A DNA stretch of 64,000 bases from NCBI GenBank assembly GCA_028714535.1, contig JAQTME010000004.1, forward strand, positions 7,319-71,318, written 5' to 3'. Within the stretch, counting starts at the first letter, position 1; each line of letters begins with the position of its first letter. Below are positions 1 to 9,944 of the stretch, piece after piece. The notes under the pieces are model-generated. The model saw nothing but the letters and a program-made list of their open reading frames with translations. It did not search any database and was not told where the DNA came from. The position numbers and the translations under genes are program-made. Source of the DNA: Candidatus Iainarchaeum sp. (GTDB lineage: Archaea; Micrarchaeota; Micrarchaeia; Anstonellales; Bilamarchaeaceae).

Positions 1-489
1 AACGACGACATCAAGAAGCGCATACTCATGAGCGAGGACGACCCGTTCAAGAGCCCGAACTTCCACCACCCGAGGTCCAAGTCGCGCGAGGACGTGCTCA
101 AGGAGCCCTCCATAATAGTGACCACGTCAGGCATGCTGACCGGCGGCCCTGTGATGTTCTACCTGGAGAAGCTCGGCAGCAACCCCAGGAACACAATGAT
201 ATTCGTCGGCTACCAGGCGGAAGGCACCCCGGGCAGCCGCGTCCTGCTGGGGGAGAAGGTCCTGCAGCCGAAAGACCCGCGCAGCAGGCCGATAAAGCTG
301 GGGTTGCGCGTGGAGAGCGTGCGCCTGTCAGGCCACGCCGACTTCAACGAACTGATACAGTTCGCCCACTCGGTGAAGGGATTGAAGAAGATATTCCTGA
401 TGCACGGCGAGAAGACCGACCTGCAGGCTGCGCTGGAGAAGAAATACGAGGTAATCGTGCCCAGGATGCTCGACACCTATTCCATCTGA
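1..489 (+). CDS. Beta-CASP/MBL-fold ribonuclease, C-terminal part (5'-truncated by window)
   Basis: Open from position 1; motifs TSGMLTGGP, FVGYQAEGT, LSGHAD, MHGE of beta-CASP RNases. Confidence 0.85.
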   Translation, partial: NDDIKKRILMSEDDPFKSPNFHHPRSKSREDVLKEPSIIVTTSGMLTGGPVMFYLEKLGSNPRNTMIFVGYQAEGTPGSRVLLGEKVLQPKDPRSRPIKLGLRVESVRLSGHADFNELIQFAHSVKGLKKIFLMHGEKTDLQAALEKKYEVIVPRMLDTYSI

Positions 490-532
490 GTCCGCTGCCG
501 CTGGTTCCGGATTTAAAACAAGGGTAAAAAGC

Positions 533-3238
533 CTAAGAGAGGTCTGCGCAGTCCCTGGCGCCGGACGTGAACGGAAGGGAGCAGCTGTGCTTCGGGTCGC
601 CGCCCACATAGACGTCTATTTCGCCCTTGGTGCCGTTCGCCGTGGTCACGAGTATGTAAGTGCCCATGTTGGTGCCGTTGAACGTCTGCACGCCGATTCC
701 CTGGCCCCACACGACGCCGGTGCAGGTCTGGTTCGCCTTCGGGCCGCACCAGATGGAGACCCAGCCGACGTATCCCGGATAGAGGTCGGTGCTGCCGAAT
801 ATGGTGCACCATTCGGTGCTGCCGCCGTCATTGTTGCCGCCTCCGGTGCCTCCCACGGCTATCGGGGCAAGGCACACCGGAATCATCGGTGGCGGCCCCA
901 TGTCGACCACCGCGGCGCCCTGCAGCTGCCCGCTCGTGTTGTAGTCGGGCGCGTTGTACTGGGTGCCAGCCACGCTGTCGTTGGTGTGGCTTCCGCCCAG
1001 GCCGCCTATGAGGTCGTATATCACGTTTGTGGCGTTTATCCGAGTTGGAGTGCTGCCACGGAGGTCATATACAAGCGTTTGGAAGTACTGCGTCTTGTTC
1101 ACGCTCATCTTCGCGCTGGCCGGGTTGAACTGGCATGAGTAGTTGGGCTGGACCACTGTCACGGTGGAGTTGCACAATGCCTGGCCGCTGGTGTAGGTGA
1201 GCAGGCCCACAGAGCCGACTGGAGACGTCGGGTATGCCCAGGCGTGCGTGTTGTCGGTTTCCGCTGCTATGAACCCGCCGGATATGCCTGACCATGCCCA
1301 TGCATTGCCGGTGCAGCTTACCGTGACATTGACGCGGTTCCTGCATGTGACCGTGAACACGCCAGCCATGTTCTGGCCGACCGACGTGCTGTTGGGCTGT
1401 ATGTCGCAGTAGTATGCGTCGCCGCCCTGGTTGCTGACGTTTATGGGCGCCAGCGCGACCGCGCCGAGTATGTACGGCGGGTGGTCTCCGAAGTATGCAG
1501 CGCCCTGCAGGTCTCCCCTGCTCGGGGCCGAGGGCGCGGTGTAGGTGACGCCGTTGACGCTGTCGTTGCTTGTGTTGCCTATGAGGCCGTTGACTGTGTC
1601 GTAAGCAAAATCGTTCGGCACTATCGTTATGGTGCGGTTCGCCGCGCAATGGAGCTCGAAGTACCTCTCCTCGTCATAGGTCATGTCCGCGCGCGGCGGC
1701 ATGAAGCTGCAGTTGTATACCGTCCTGTTGACTATGTCCTCGGGATGCACCACGTTCAGCGTGGAGTTGCACGAGGCTATGGCGTTGGACGAAGTGTATA
1801 TGACGTTGCCTGTCACGTGCGGCGTGGCGTCGGAATACAGGCGCGAGTGGGTCTCGTCTGCCTCCAGGAACGTGCCTGCGAGGACTGTATCAGCAGCCCA
1901 GTTGCTGCCCACGCACGAAACCGATGCGCCTGCCAGGTCCTGGCATGCGACGTTGAACTCTGCTATCTCGCGCGGCGCCACGGTGAGCCCGGGCGGGACT
2001 ATGGTGCACGTGGCCGGTGTATCATTGATGGGCGCGGTTGCAGTGCATCTTGAGGATGCGCCGCACGCGCCTGATATGGTCTCTGCGTTGAATGTGAGCA
2101 TCGTGCCTCCTGACGCCGCGCTGGTCGTGACCAGCGTGTAGAGGTCGTCGTTCGCCCCGCTGTTGACGGTCTGGTTGAAGCCGTTGGACGGCGGGCAGAG
2201 CGAGCCGAAGCCGAGCACGCTGCACAAGGATATCGGGAACGGTATCGCGCTGAACTGCGGGTCGGAGCTCGACACGTTGAGCACGCGTATGGCGTCGGCG
2301 TTGTTGTGTATCCTTGTCCTGACCATGGTCGTGCCGGTGACGTTAGCCGTAGAGCGGCTGACGCTTATGGCCGTGGTGCTCATGCTGCAGTTGCCGCCGC
2401 TGCTGACCACGTTGATTGTGACGGTGTCAGTGGCCAGCGAGGCCGGCATGGCCGGCAGGTTCCTGCCGAAGTAATATAAGCGGTAGTAGTTGTTCGTGAG
2501 GTCGAGCGGGTGCTTTTCCAGCGCGGCGAAGCACGACACGTTGGAAAGGCTCGTCTCTATGCTGTGCGTGGTTGTCGCAGTGGCGTTTATCGTGAAGTCG
2601 ACCGGAGCCATGCTCGGGAGCGCAGAGGTGCCGCGCACTGTCGTTCCGTCGCGTACCTGGAAGGTCCCCTTGCAGAATATGTTGGCTCCGCCCTCCTTGT
2701 TGTACCAGTAGCGCGGCGTCTCGACCGTGCCGTTGTTGTAGGTCACGGGCTCGTTGTAGAACACTCCCCCGAGCGCGGTGCGGTGTGACGGGTCCTGGGT
2801 GAAGCCGTTGTTGTAGGCGAATGCCGCCTCTGTGTTATAGACAGCCGGGTCGATCCAGGCGATGTCCCTGTTGTTGGTGAGGGTTCCGGCGTTTATCATT
2901 GCCGGGCAGTAGTCGCCCGCGAGCCCGCTGCATGCCGGATAGAGCGATGCTATGTTGAGGGTTGATACTGCCCATCTCGCCGTGGTGGCCCCCGATACCC
3001 TTATGGTCGCGCCCCCGCAGACGGTGTCGCCGCTCTGCAGGTTGGCCGGGTCGCCGCTCACCACGTCGCCTGAAGCTATCGACATGTTGAAGTCCGTGAG
3101 CAGCCTCATCGTGGTGTTGAAGTTCTTGGTTGCGTCCTTCCCCTGGAAGTTGCCGCCGACGTCGGTGGCACATGCCGCCGATGCCAGCAGAATCAAAACG
3201 GAAAAGATTATGCTGAGGCTGTTTTTCATAGGTTGCAC
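533..3238 (-). CDS. Large secreted Cys-rich surface glycoprotein with tandem ~100-aa Ig-like repeats (ATG start probably 3229)
   Basis: N-terminal signal peptide MKNSLSIIFSVLILLASAACA; many NxS/T sequons; repeated CxIxP..F.V.C....VSC.G..W and YxCxFxP modules. Confidence 0.7.
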   Translation of the reverse strand: MQPMKNSLSIIFSVLILLASAACATDVGGNFQGKDATKNFNTTMRLLTDFNMSIASGDVVSGDPANLQSGDTVCGGATIRVSGATTARWAVSTLNIASLYPACSGLAGDYCPAMINAGTLTNNRDIAWIDPAVYNTEAAFAYNNGFTQDPSHRTALGGVFYNEPVTYNNGTVETPRYWYNKEGGANIFCKGTFQVRDGTTVRGTSALPSMAPVDFTINATATTTHSIETSLSNVSCFAALEKHPLDLTNNYYRLYYFGRNLPAMPASLATDTVTINVVSSGGNCSMSTTAISVSRSTANVTGTTMVRTRIHNNADAIRVLNVSSSDPQFSAIPFPISLCSVLGFGSLCPPSNGFNQTVNSGANDDLYTLVTTSAASGGTMLTFNAETISGACGASSRCTATAPINDTPATCTIVPPGLTVAPREIAEFNVACQDLAGASVSCVGSNWAADTVLAGTFLEADETHSRLYSDATPHVTGNVIYTSSNAIASCNSTLNVVHPEDIVNRTVYNCSFMPPRADMTYDEERYFELHCAANRTITIVPNDFAYDTVNGLIGNTSNDSVNGVTYTAPSAPSRGDLQGAAYFGDHPPYILGAVALAPINVSNQGGDAYYCDIQPNSTSVGQNMAGVFTVTCRNRVNVTVSCTGNAWAWSGISGGFIAAETDNTHAWAYPTSPVGSVGLLTYTSGQALCNSTVTVVQPNYSCQFNPASAKMSVNKTQYFQTLVYDLRGSTPTRINATNVIYDLIGGLGGSHTNDSVAGTQYNAPDYNTSGQLQGAAVVDMGPPPMIPVCLAPIAVGGTGGGNNDGGSTEWCTIFGSTDLYPGYVGWVSIWCGPKANQTCTGVVWGQGIGVQTFNGTNMGTYILVTTANGTKGEIDVYVGGDPKHSCSLPFTSGARDCADLS

Positions 3239-5191
3239 CTACTTCTTCTTCGGCTTCAGGCCGCTCAGCGGAGACTTCCCTATCTGGAAGGTGTTCTCCA
3301 CGTTCACGAACAGGCCTCCGGGCACGCGGTCTGCTTTGGCGCCGCCGATTTCCTGCGTGTAGCCCGCGCGGACGAGGAGGTCGAGCGGGAAGTCGACTAC
3401 CCTGCCGACATACCTCGTGTTGGCCGATGCCTCCAGCGTGCTCACCGCGGTCTTGAGGTTCTTCGTGGCGCTGACCGTGGCGTCGAGCTGGAGCATGAAC
3501 TTCTCGGTGGTGCGCGCGAACTGCGCAGGCGTCAGCTGGCCGCCCACCCTCAGCTCGTTCATGAGCGAGGATATCTCCGGCGTGAGCAGGGTCGTGACCC
3601 TCCAGCTGTTCTTCTCCCTAGTCGAGGCAGAGAATGTGATGTAGCCGAGCCAGTCTATGCCGCTGACCACGAGCCTGTCCTGCTCGAAGCTCATGGCAGG
3701 CCGTATCTGCCCGCCTACCTTCGCAGGCGGCAGCAGCATGAACCTGGTGCGGTCGCCTTCCGTGCCCCAGAAATTTATCTCAAGGCCGGCGAGGCTGAGG
3801 TACCACTGGTTGTAGCTCTGCGCAGGTATGTGCAGGGTGGTGCCGTCGCTGAGCAGCCTGTCTATGCCGTTGAGGCCCCAGGTCTTGTAGCCGCCGGTGA
3901 GGTTGAATTTTATCTCCATCGGCTGCCCGAAGAATCCGATTCCCTCTCCCCAGGTGCCTGTCGCCTCCACCGCGTGCCCCCTGCCGGTCAGCACCCCCCT
4001 GTCGCCGGTCGCCGTTAGCGGCGATCCCGTCGCGGTCGGGTCGTACTGCATGCGGGCGTACTGCCCGCTCATGCCGAGCATGGAATAGTGGAGCGCAAGG
4101 CCTGCGTAAAGCCCCACGGGCTGGAAGGTCATGAACCCCTTCGGCTTCTTGGTCCTGGTTATCTCGTCCTTGAACATCTGCTGGTTCTCGTCGAAGTTCC
4201 ACTGGCACTTCAGCCCGTACCTCATCGTGGTGAACGCCTTGGGGTTGGTCATCACGGTGAACAGGTTGTTTATCGCGTTGCGGAACTCCGGGTTGTTGAA
4301 CACGGTCTCGTTGCCGAGCAGCGCAAGGCCCGCGGCGAGGTTGCCGCTCTGCAATTGCTGCATGGCCGTCCTGAAGCTGCCGCTCTGCCACAGGTCGTCA
4401 GTGGACGGTATCCTGCTCAGGGCGGTGTAGAGGTCGCGGGCTGCGACCGGGGCTGCAGACGAGGACATGAAGTTCTCGTCGTTGGCCCACTGCTGCTGTA
4501 CGTTGGTGAACGACCGCATTATGTTCCGCGCGTTGTCGACGCCTGCCTTGTCCGCCAGTTCGCCTGGCGTCTGCGGGTCGCCGAACTGCCACACGGTGGA
4601 GTTCGTCCTTGCGCTGTTGACGAACAGCGCGCCCTCGTAGCGCTGCGGGGGCGGTATCAGGAGCAGCCCTTCGCTGGTTGACGACTTCGTTTTTTCGCTT
4701 ACCTGTATCTTCGTCGCTGCGCCGCGGAGCGTCAGGTTGATTTTCGCCATCTGGCCCAGGTACGCATCGTATGCATCGTATCTCGCATCGCCTGCCTTGA
4801 GGCCCTTGTCTATCTCTGAAAGCATTGTCAGGAGCGCCGTTGAATCAGCGCCTGCGTCTGCCTTGCCCGTGAGCTTGTTGGAAAGCTCTATCATCATCCT
4901 TATGTGGGCATCCTGGAGCTTTAGTATGGCCGCGTTCTTGTCCACCTTGGTGCCGGTGGTGCCCAGCGCCAGCGCTGAGTTGTAGAGTGACGTGCCTGCG
5001 ATGTCTGTTTTCGCCGGCGTGCCAGCCCACAGGAGCTTAAGCGTTTCCCATGCCTGGACCGTGTTGCGGGCGAGCTGCTGAGCGCTGTCGCTCGCGGGCT
5101 TGTAGCCCTCGCGTATCTGTGTGATCAGCTGCTGCTTCTGCGTTCCCACGTCCGTTTCCGTTTTCGGTGCGGTTTTCATCTCAGTCACCAT
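3239..5191 (-). CDS. Hypothetical protein, helical N-half and amphipathic beta-strand-rich C-half
   Basis: 650-aa ORF; GAGGTGA Shine-Dalgarno before ATG; abuts the next gene. Confidence 0.7.
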   Translation of the reverse strand: MVTEMKTAPKTETDVGTQKQQLITQIREGYKPASDSAQQLARNTVQAWETLKLLWAGTPAKTDIAGTSLYNSALALGTTGTKVDKNAAILKLQDAHIRMMIELSNKLTGKADAGADSTALLTMLSEIDKGLKAGDARYDAYDAYLGQMAKINLTLRGAATKIQVSEKTKSSTSEGLLLIPPPQRYEGALFVNSARTNSTVWQFGDPQTPGELADKAGVDNARNIMRSFTNVQQQWANDENFMSSSAAPVAARDLYTALSRIPSTDDLWQSGSFRTAMQQLQSGNLAAGLALLGNETVFNNPEFRNAINNLFTVMTNPKAFTTMRYGLKCQWNFDENQQMFKDEITRTKKPKGFMTFQPVGLYAGLALHYSMLGMSGQYARMQYDPTATGSPLTATGDRGVLTGRGHAVEATGTWGEGIGFFGQPMEIKFNLTGGYKTWGLNGIDRLLSDGTTLHIPAQSYNQWYLSLAGLEINFWGTEGDRTRFMLLPPAKVGGQIRPAMSFEQDRLVVSGIDWLGYITFSASTREKNSWRVTTLLTPEISSLMNELRVGGQLTPAQFARTTEKFMLQLDATVSATKNLKTAVSTLEASANTRYVGRVVDFPLDLLVRAGYTQEIGGAKADRVPGGLFVNVENTFQIGKSPLSGLKPKKK

Positions 5192-5211
5192 CTTTAGTCA
5201 CCTCATGAAGA

Positions 5212-5373
5212 TCATGCTGTGAATCCTACTGGTGATTGAGCAAAACTCTTATTAATACCCGCCGCTCCGGCTCCGAGAACAAGTGCGCTCGCCGCTGCCG
5301 CTGTGAATGCCGCGGCGGCATTGTGCGCTCCAGTTTTCTTCCCGGCTGGGTTAACCATGCTCAAACATTTCAT
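5212..5373 (-). CDS. Small ORF consisting almost entirely of a signal-peptide-like sequence
   Basis: GGAGGTG SD upstream of MKCLSMVNPAGKK...ALVLGAGAAGINKSFA-Q; lies between two co-oriented genes. Confidence 0.5.
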   Translation of the reverse strand: MKCLSMVNPAGKKTGAHNAAAAFTAAAASALVLGAGAAGINKSFAQSPVGFTA

Positions 5374-5410
5374 TACTCCCACCTCCTTCTGATATCCACC
5401 CATGTTAGCG

Positions 5411-8400
5411 TCATTTCACTTCCTGCTGCGGCGTGACTACCACCACAGCGCGGCTCTCCGAGAACTTCACGACCCTGTCCGAGGCCGGGCTCGCCTTCTC
5501 CACCTGCTCGATATTGCCGCTCGCCTTGCCGCTGCCTATGTCGGCAATGAGGGTCAGCGTCGCCGAGACGTCCTTCAGGCTCGCTGATTTCGGCCTCGAA
5601 ACCATGGACATGTTCGCGTTAAGCGTCGCGTCCATCTCCGGCTCGTAGTCGGTCCCCTTCTTTATGCGGTAAAGCACGTCTTCAGGAGCCACCCTCCCCT
5701 TGGAGAGCTTACCGGCGTACGCCGGGCCCCTGGTCTCCACCGGCGGGGTCGGCTCTGCGCGAACCACCGCCCTGCCGATTTTCGTGCCGTCTGTCAGCAC
5801 CACGTTGTCCATCACGACGCCTATGTAGGCGTGCTCAGGGTCGCTCCTGTACGCAGGGTTGAGCAGGAACTCCTGCCCTGCCTGTTCCTGGTACCAGAAG
5901 TAATTGAACACCACCATCGCGTCCGGGTGCATCTTCGCGGCCTGGGCGTGTGTGTACGCCTTGCCCCCCTCCACCCATGTCATGTTGGTCGGGGAAGCGT
6001 ACACGAAGTGGCCCCTCGTGCGCGTGTCCTTTATTATGGCAATCGCGTCTGCCGGGACCGATGTCGTTACCGGCGTCTCAGGCAGCACCATGCCCTCGAG
6101 GTTCTTGTCGTCGAGGCTCGCCAGGGCCTGCTCTGCTGTCATTATGGACTGCACGGGCGTCATGGGCACCGAGCCGTTGAAGAGGCTGGTCCCGATTCTC
6201 ATGCCATACCTGGTGCGGAGCGCCTTGAGCTCGTCAAGCGATTCCACCGCCCTGACCACGAAATACCTCTTCGCGTCCCCTGACGTCACGAGCGTGCGGA
6301 TGGGCACCGTCGCCTTCCTGCCCGCAATCTCGACCTCTATGGACGCGGCCAGCCTCTTCTCCAGCTGCTGCAGCTTGAGATCGAGGATCTGCATGAACCC
6401 GTTGTTGATGGCGGTTATCTGCGCCTCCGGGGTCGTCGCTGCCTTGCCGTAGTTGAGGGAAATGTTGCGCATGCCTGCGGTGAACACCGATGCATCGAAA
6501 TTCCTCAGGAGCTCAGGGACGTTCTTGTCGCCGTTGAGTATCTCCTGCCTGTAGACCTCTGCAAAGAGGGCGCCCTGCGGGTATACCGGGGCGTCCAGGT
6601 GGCCCCTCTCCTGGTGGTCCACGTGCCTGTCTGCTATGGCCACGGTCGGGCTGGGCCTTGAAGCCTCGATCAGGAGCGGCTTCCTGACGACATCCGGGCT
6701 GAGCAGCCCGTAGGCGGTCATGAATGCCTGGCTCGGCGCGGGCAGCACCGGGCGCTCGAAGTCCCCTGCCCTCTTGCTGGCCAGCATCCTTATGTGGCCT
6801 GCCTCTGCGTTGCGGGCAGCCTCGACCGCCACATCACGGTCCGTCAGCTGCGCCTCTCTCATCTTGTCGAGGTCCACCTGTGCGCCCTTGGCTCCTACGC
6901 GGAGCTCAAGGACATGGCTCTTGGCGGCTTCGCTCTTGAAAAGCACTTCGTATCCTGCATGGACCTCGGTGGTGCCGAATATGGCCGGTGCGAGGAGGTG
7001 GATTGCATTCGAGGCCACGTCCCTCGCGAGGTCCGGATATGAATAGAACTGCGTGGGCCCTGCTTCAGGCACCTTGTAGCAGTGCTCGAACCTTCTCAGC
7101 GATGCGTTTATTATCTCCCTGGCCTGGCCGAACTGCTCTTTCGTCAGGTCTGCGCGGCCGATTGTGCCGGTGTTGAGTATCCATGTCTCAGCCGCCCTTG
7201 TGGCCACCATGTCCAGGGCCATGCTCCAGAGCGCGTCCGCGTATGCTATCTTGCCCTCCTTCTCCGTGGGCTGCTCCATCCCCAGCCACTTGTTCGCGGC
7301 TATGATGCGCTGGTCTGTCTGCTGGACGCCGGACGCCGACAGGAGCGAGGCTGCGGTCTGCACATAATAGCGCGCATCCTGCAGCTGCATGTCCACGTTG
7401 GCGTGGCCGGCATACTGGGCGTAGTCCTGGGCCCAGAGGGTCCAGGCGGAGTTCAGCGAAGCGAGCGTCTGCACCACTGGCTCTGTCGCCGCGTTGACCG
7501 GGGCGAACTGGTATGCTATGCGGTAGACGCCGTAGAGCGCGTCCTCCGTCATCCACCGCGGGTTGCTCATGAGCGCTGCCCTGACCTTCTTTTCCGGCTC
7601 AAGGTAGTTGCCCGTGGCGTTCCTGTACTGCGCGATGAGGAAAGTGCGGAGTTCAGGCGGGTAAAACTCATACGGGCTGATGCTCGGGTTCACCATGATC
7701 GCGGCCGCGGTGGAATATGCCTTCCACGCGTCCTGCCTTGCCGTTGCGTCCTTGCCCGCCAGGCCGTTCTGGAACGCGTAGCTCCACATGCCGACGAGGT
7801 CGCTTATGGCGCGGCTGTCCTTCATCAGTGCCTGCTCCATGTCCGCGACCTGCGTATATGAATACCTGCCCTTGGCAGTGGCGATCTGCCTGCCTACCTG
7901 TTCCAGGCGGTTGCTTGCGGCCGCCACCAGGCTGCCGCTGCCGTTGTCTACGCCTGTGCCGAGGGCGTGGTAGTACCTGTTATACTCTATTATCTTCTGG
8001 CTGTTCTTGAGCGCTTCCCCCCTGCCAGTTGCCACGGTGTTGATTCCGTCGAGTTTCTCCTGGGTGCGGAGCTGGCTGCTGTCAGGGAGCTTTTTCACTG
8101 CCTCGACGTTCCACGCCGCTATCGTCTGCAGGTTGCCCATCCTCTGCCCGAGCAGGGCCTGTTCCCTGTCGAAGATGGCGATTGCGTAGGTATACTGGCG
8201 CTTGGCCAGGTCGACATCCCCTGTGTTGAGCGTGTTCGCTGCTGTCCTGAGCGCGAAGTACATCTCCCACCTGGGCGATACCTTCATCGTCAGGCTCGAG
8301 GCGTCCGGCCTCACGCTCGCCTCGTCCTCGCTGAGCAGCCAGACGTCCGGAAGCGTCTTTATCATGCGTTCCGCGCTTGCCTTGACATCCTGCGTCCTCT

Positions 8401-9565
8401 TGGAGTCTGCAAGGATGGCGCTGAGCGTCTTGTTGAGGTCGGAAAGCTCCCGCATGAGCGGGTTGGTGCCCTCCTTGGACGCCACGCTGGCGTTGGTCAC
8501 GTCCCTGGCCGCCTTGAGGGCCAGCTGTATCGCCCTGTCTGAGTTGTATGAAGAGACGTATGTCTTGAGGTTGTCAATTGACCTGGCTGCCTGCTTCGCA
8601 TCAAGCGGCGTCGCCTGGGGCGAATTTGAAAGGTCGTAGGTCTGAAGCTCGTTGCTGATGTTGCTCTGGAGCTCGTATGCGTGGTCTCTTGCGGCTGCGG
8701 TCGGCCCGGGCGTCCTGGCGTTTCCCTCTGCCGCGCTTATTATGCGCGAGAGGTCCTGGATTATCGTTTCGATGCGTTCGCGTTCAGCCGGTGCTATCTG
8801 CGGTACTGTGACCTTGACCGGAACTGCGGTGGTGGAACTAGTCGCCTTCTTTTCTGGCGCCCGCTTCAATTCCACATATGAGCTCTCAGGGACTGCAGTG
8901 GTTGCCCTCTTTTCTGCCGGCTGCGGTATGACCGTTTTCGTTGTATCTGTCCTCGTGGGGACCTGGGTTGCCGGCGCGCTGATCGTTTTCGTCGGCGTGG
9001 ATGCGGTCATCGCAGCGCTCAGCTCCTCTCCGAACGTCGCGTTGTCGATGGCATTGTTGAGCGCCCTGTCCGTCTGCACCTTTATCCTTGCGAGCGTGAG
9101 GGTGTCGAGCCTGGCGGTTCCCGCAGGAATCGTGATGTAGTCGCTGCCCCTGCCCGTGGCGTCCTTGGCCGGGTTGTAGGGCCTCAGCGCGTCGTTGATC
9201 TGTGTGAGCGTCTTTACGAACGGGTCTCTGTATTTCGCCTTGGCTTCTGCCTCGTTTCCGGCAGGCATGCCCCGGACTTCCCTCGTCCTTGCGTACCTGT
9301 AGATAAGATTGTACTGGGTCTCGTATGTGGCCTTCAGCGAGGCCAATTCCTTCGCAGTCGTCTCCTTTTTTTCCGTCGTAACTGTTTGAGCCATGGCAAC
9401 ACCACCTGTAACGTCAAGGGCTATCGGAGCCCCAACAACTATCGCACCTACGGCGAACGCCCTGAAGGCGCGCCCGCCCGGTGTATCTCTGCCTGAATGA
9501 GAATTTAAAACTGCGTTGGTCGGATGTTTGAGTATCATTTTTCTCCCTCCTCTCTTGACAAACAT
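5411..9565 (-). CDS. Giant orphan secreted protein (~1380 aa; start may be ATG 9538)
   Basis: Long ORF with host-like codon bias; extended signal peptide ending VAMA-Q; Thr/Pro-rich linker, then Ala-rich helical body. Confidence 0.75.
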   Translation of the reverse strand: MFVKRGGRKMILKHPTNAVLNSHSGRDTPGGRAFRAFAVGAIVVGAPIALDVTGGVAMAQTVTTEKKETTAKELASLKATYETQYNLIYRYARTREVRGMPAGNEAEAKAKYRDPFVKTLTQINDALRPYNPAKDATGRGSDYITIPAGTARLDTLTLARIKVQTDRALNNAIDNATFGEELSAAMTASTPTKTISAPATQVPTRTDTTKTVIPQPAEKRATTAVPESSYVELKRAPEKKATSSTTAVPVKVTVPQIAPAERERIETIIQDLSRIISAAEGNARTPGPTAAARDHAYELQSNISNELQTYDLSNSPQATPLDAKQAARSIDNLKTYVSSYNSDRAIQLALKAARDVTNASVASKEGTNPLMRELSDLNKTLSAILADSKRTQDVKASAERMIKTLPDVWLLSEDEASVRPDASSLTMKVSPRWEMYFALRTAANTLNTGDVDLAKRQYTYAIAIFDREQALLGQRMGNLQTIAAWNVEAVKKLPDSSQLRTQEKLDGINTVATGRGEALKNSQKIIEYNRYYHALGTGVDNGSGSLVAAASNRLEQVGRQIATAKGRYSYTQVADMEQALMKDSRAISDLVGMWSYAFQNGLAGKDATARQDAWKAYSTAAAIMVNPSISPYEFYPPELRTFLIAQYRNATGNYLEPEKKVRAALMSNPRWMTEDALYGVYRIAYQFAPVNAATEPVVQTLASLNSAWTLWAQDYAQYAGHANVDMQLQDARYYVQTAASLLSASGVQQTDQRIIAANKWLGMEQPTEKEGKIAYADALWSMALDMVATRAAETWILNTGTIGRADLTKEQFGQAREIINASLRRFEHCYKVPEAGPTQFYSYPDLARDVASNAIHLLAPAIFGTTEVHAGYEVLFKSEAAKSHVLELRVGAKGAQVDLDKMREAQLTDRDVAVEAARNAEAGHIRMLASKRAGDFERPVLPAPSQAFMTAYGLLSPDVVRKPLLIEASRPSPTVAIADRHVDHQERGHLDAPVYPQGALFAEVYRQEILNGDKNVPELLRNFDASVFTAGMRNISLNYGKAATTPEAQITAINNGFMQILDLKLQQLEKRLAASIEVEIAGRKATVPIRTLVTSGDAKRYFVVRAVESLDELKALRTRYGMRIGTSLFNGSVPMTPVQSIMTAEQALASLDDKNLEGMVLPETPVTTSVPADAIAIIKDTRTRGHFVYASPTNMTWVEGGKAYTHAQAAKMHPDAMVVFNYFWYQEQAGQEFLLNPAYRSDPEHAYIGVVMDNVVLTDGTKIGRAVVRAEPTPPVETRGPAYAGKLSKGRVAPEDVLYRIKKGTDYEPEMDATLNANMSMVSRPKSASLKDVSATLTLIADIGSGKASGNIEQVEKASPASDRVVKFSESRAVVVVTPQQEVK

Positions 9566-9944
9566 TACCTTATATCATTTAAAACAGAATAATTTATAAA
9601 GCGATGGGTATTTATCGTCGTTGCCGCCTCCCCTTTCCATACACGCATTCCCAACGCGGTTTTACGAGGTAGATAACGTAAAATCATGGTAAGATATTGC
9701 AGCAGGGGCTTATAAATATTGCAGTTTTTAGCAAAACGTGGTTTGCCAGGCCATTGCAATCCGGGCCTGCAGGATTTTGGAAAAGGCGCCCCGTTTCACT
9801 GAACCTGAGCATTTACCACAAAAAGCATAGCATTATGAACTCCTGCCAGCCAATTACCGGTTCAGGCAGAAAAAAATTCAGGTTTTCTTTATCCTCCGCA
9901 GCGAGAAAGCAAAGAAGATAATCAAAATCGAATTTTTCAAAAAG

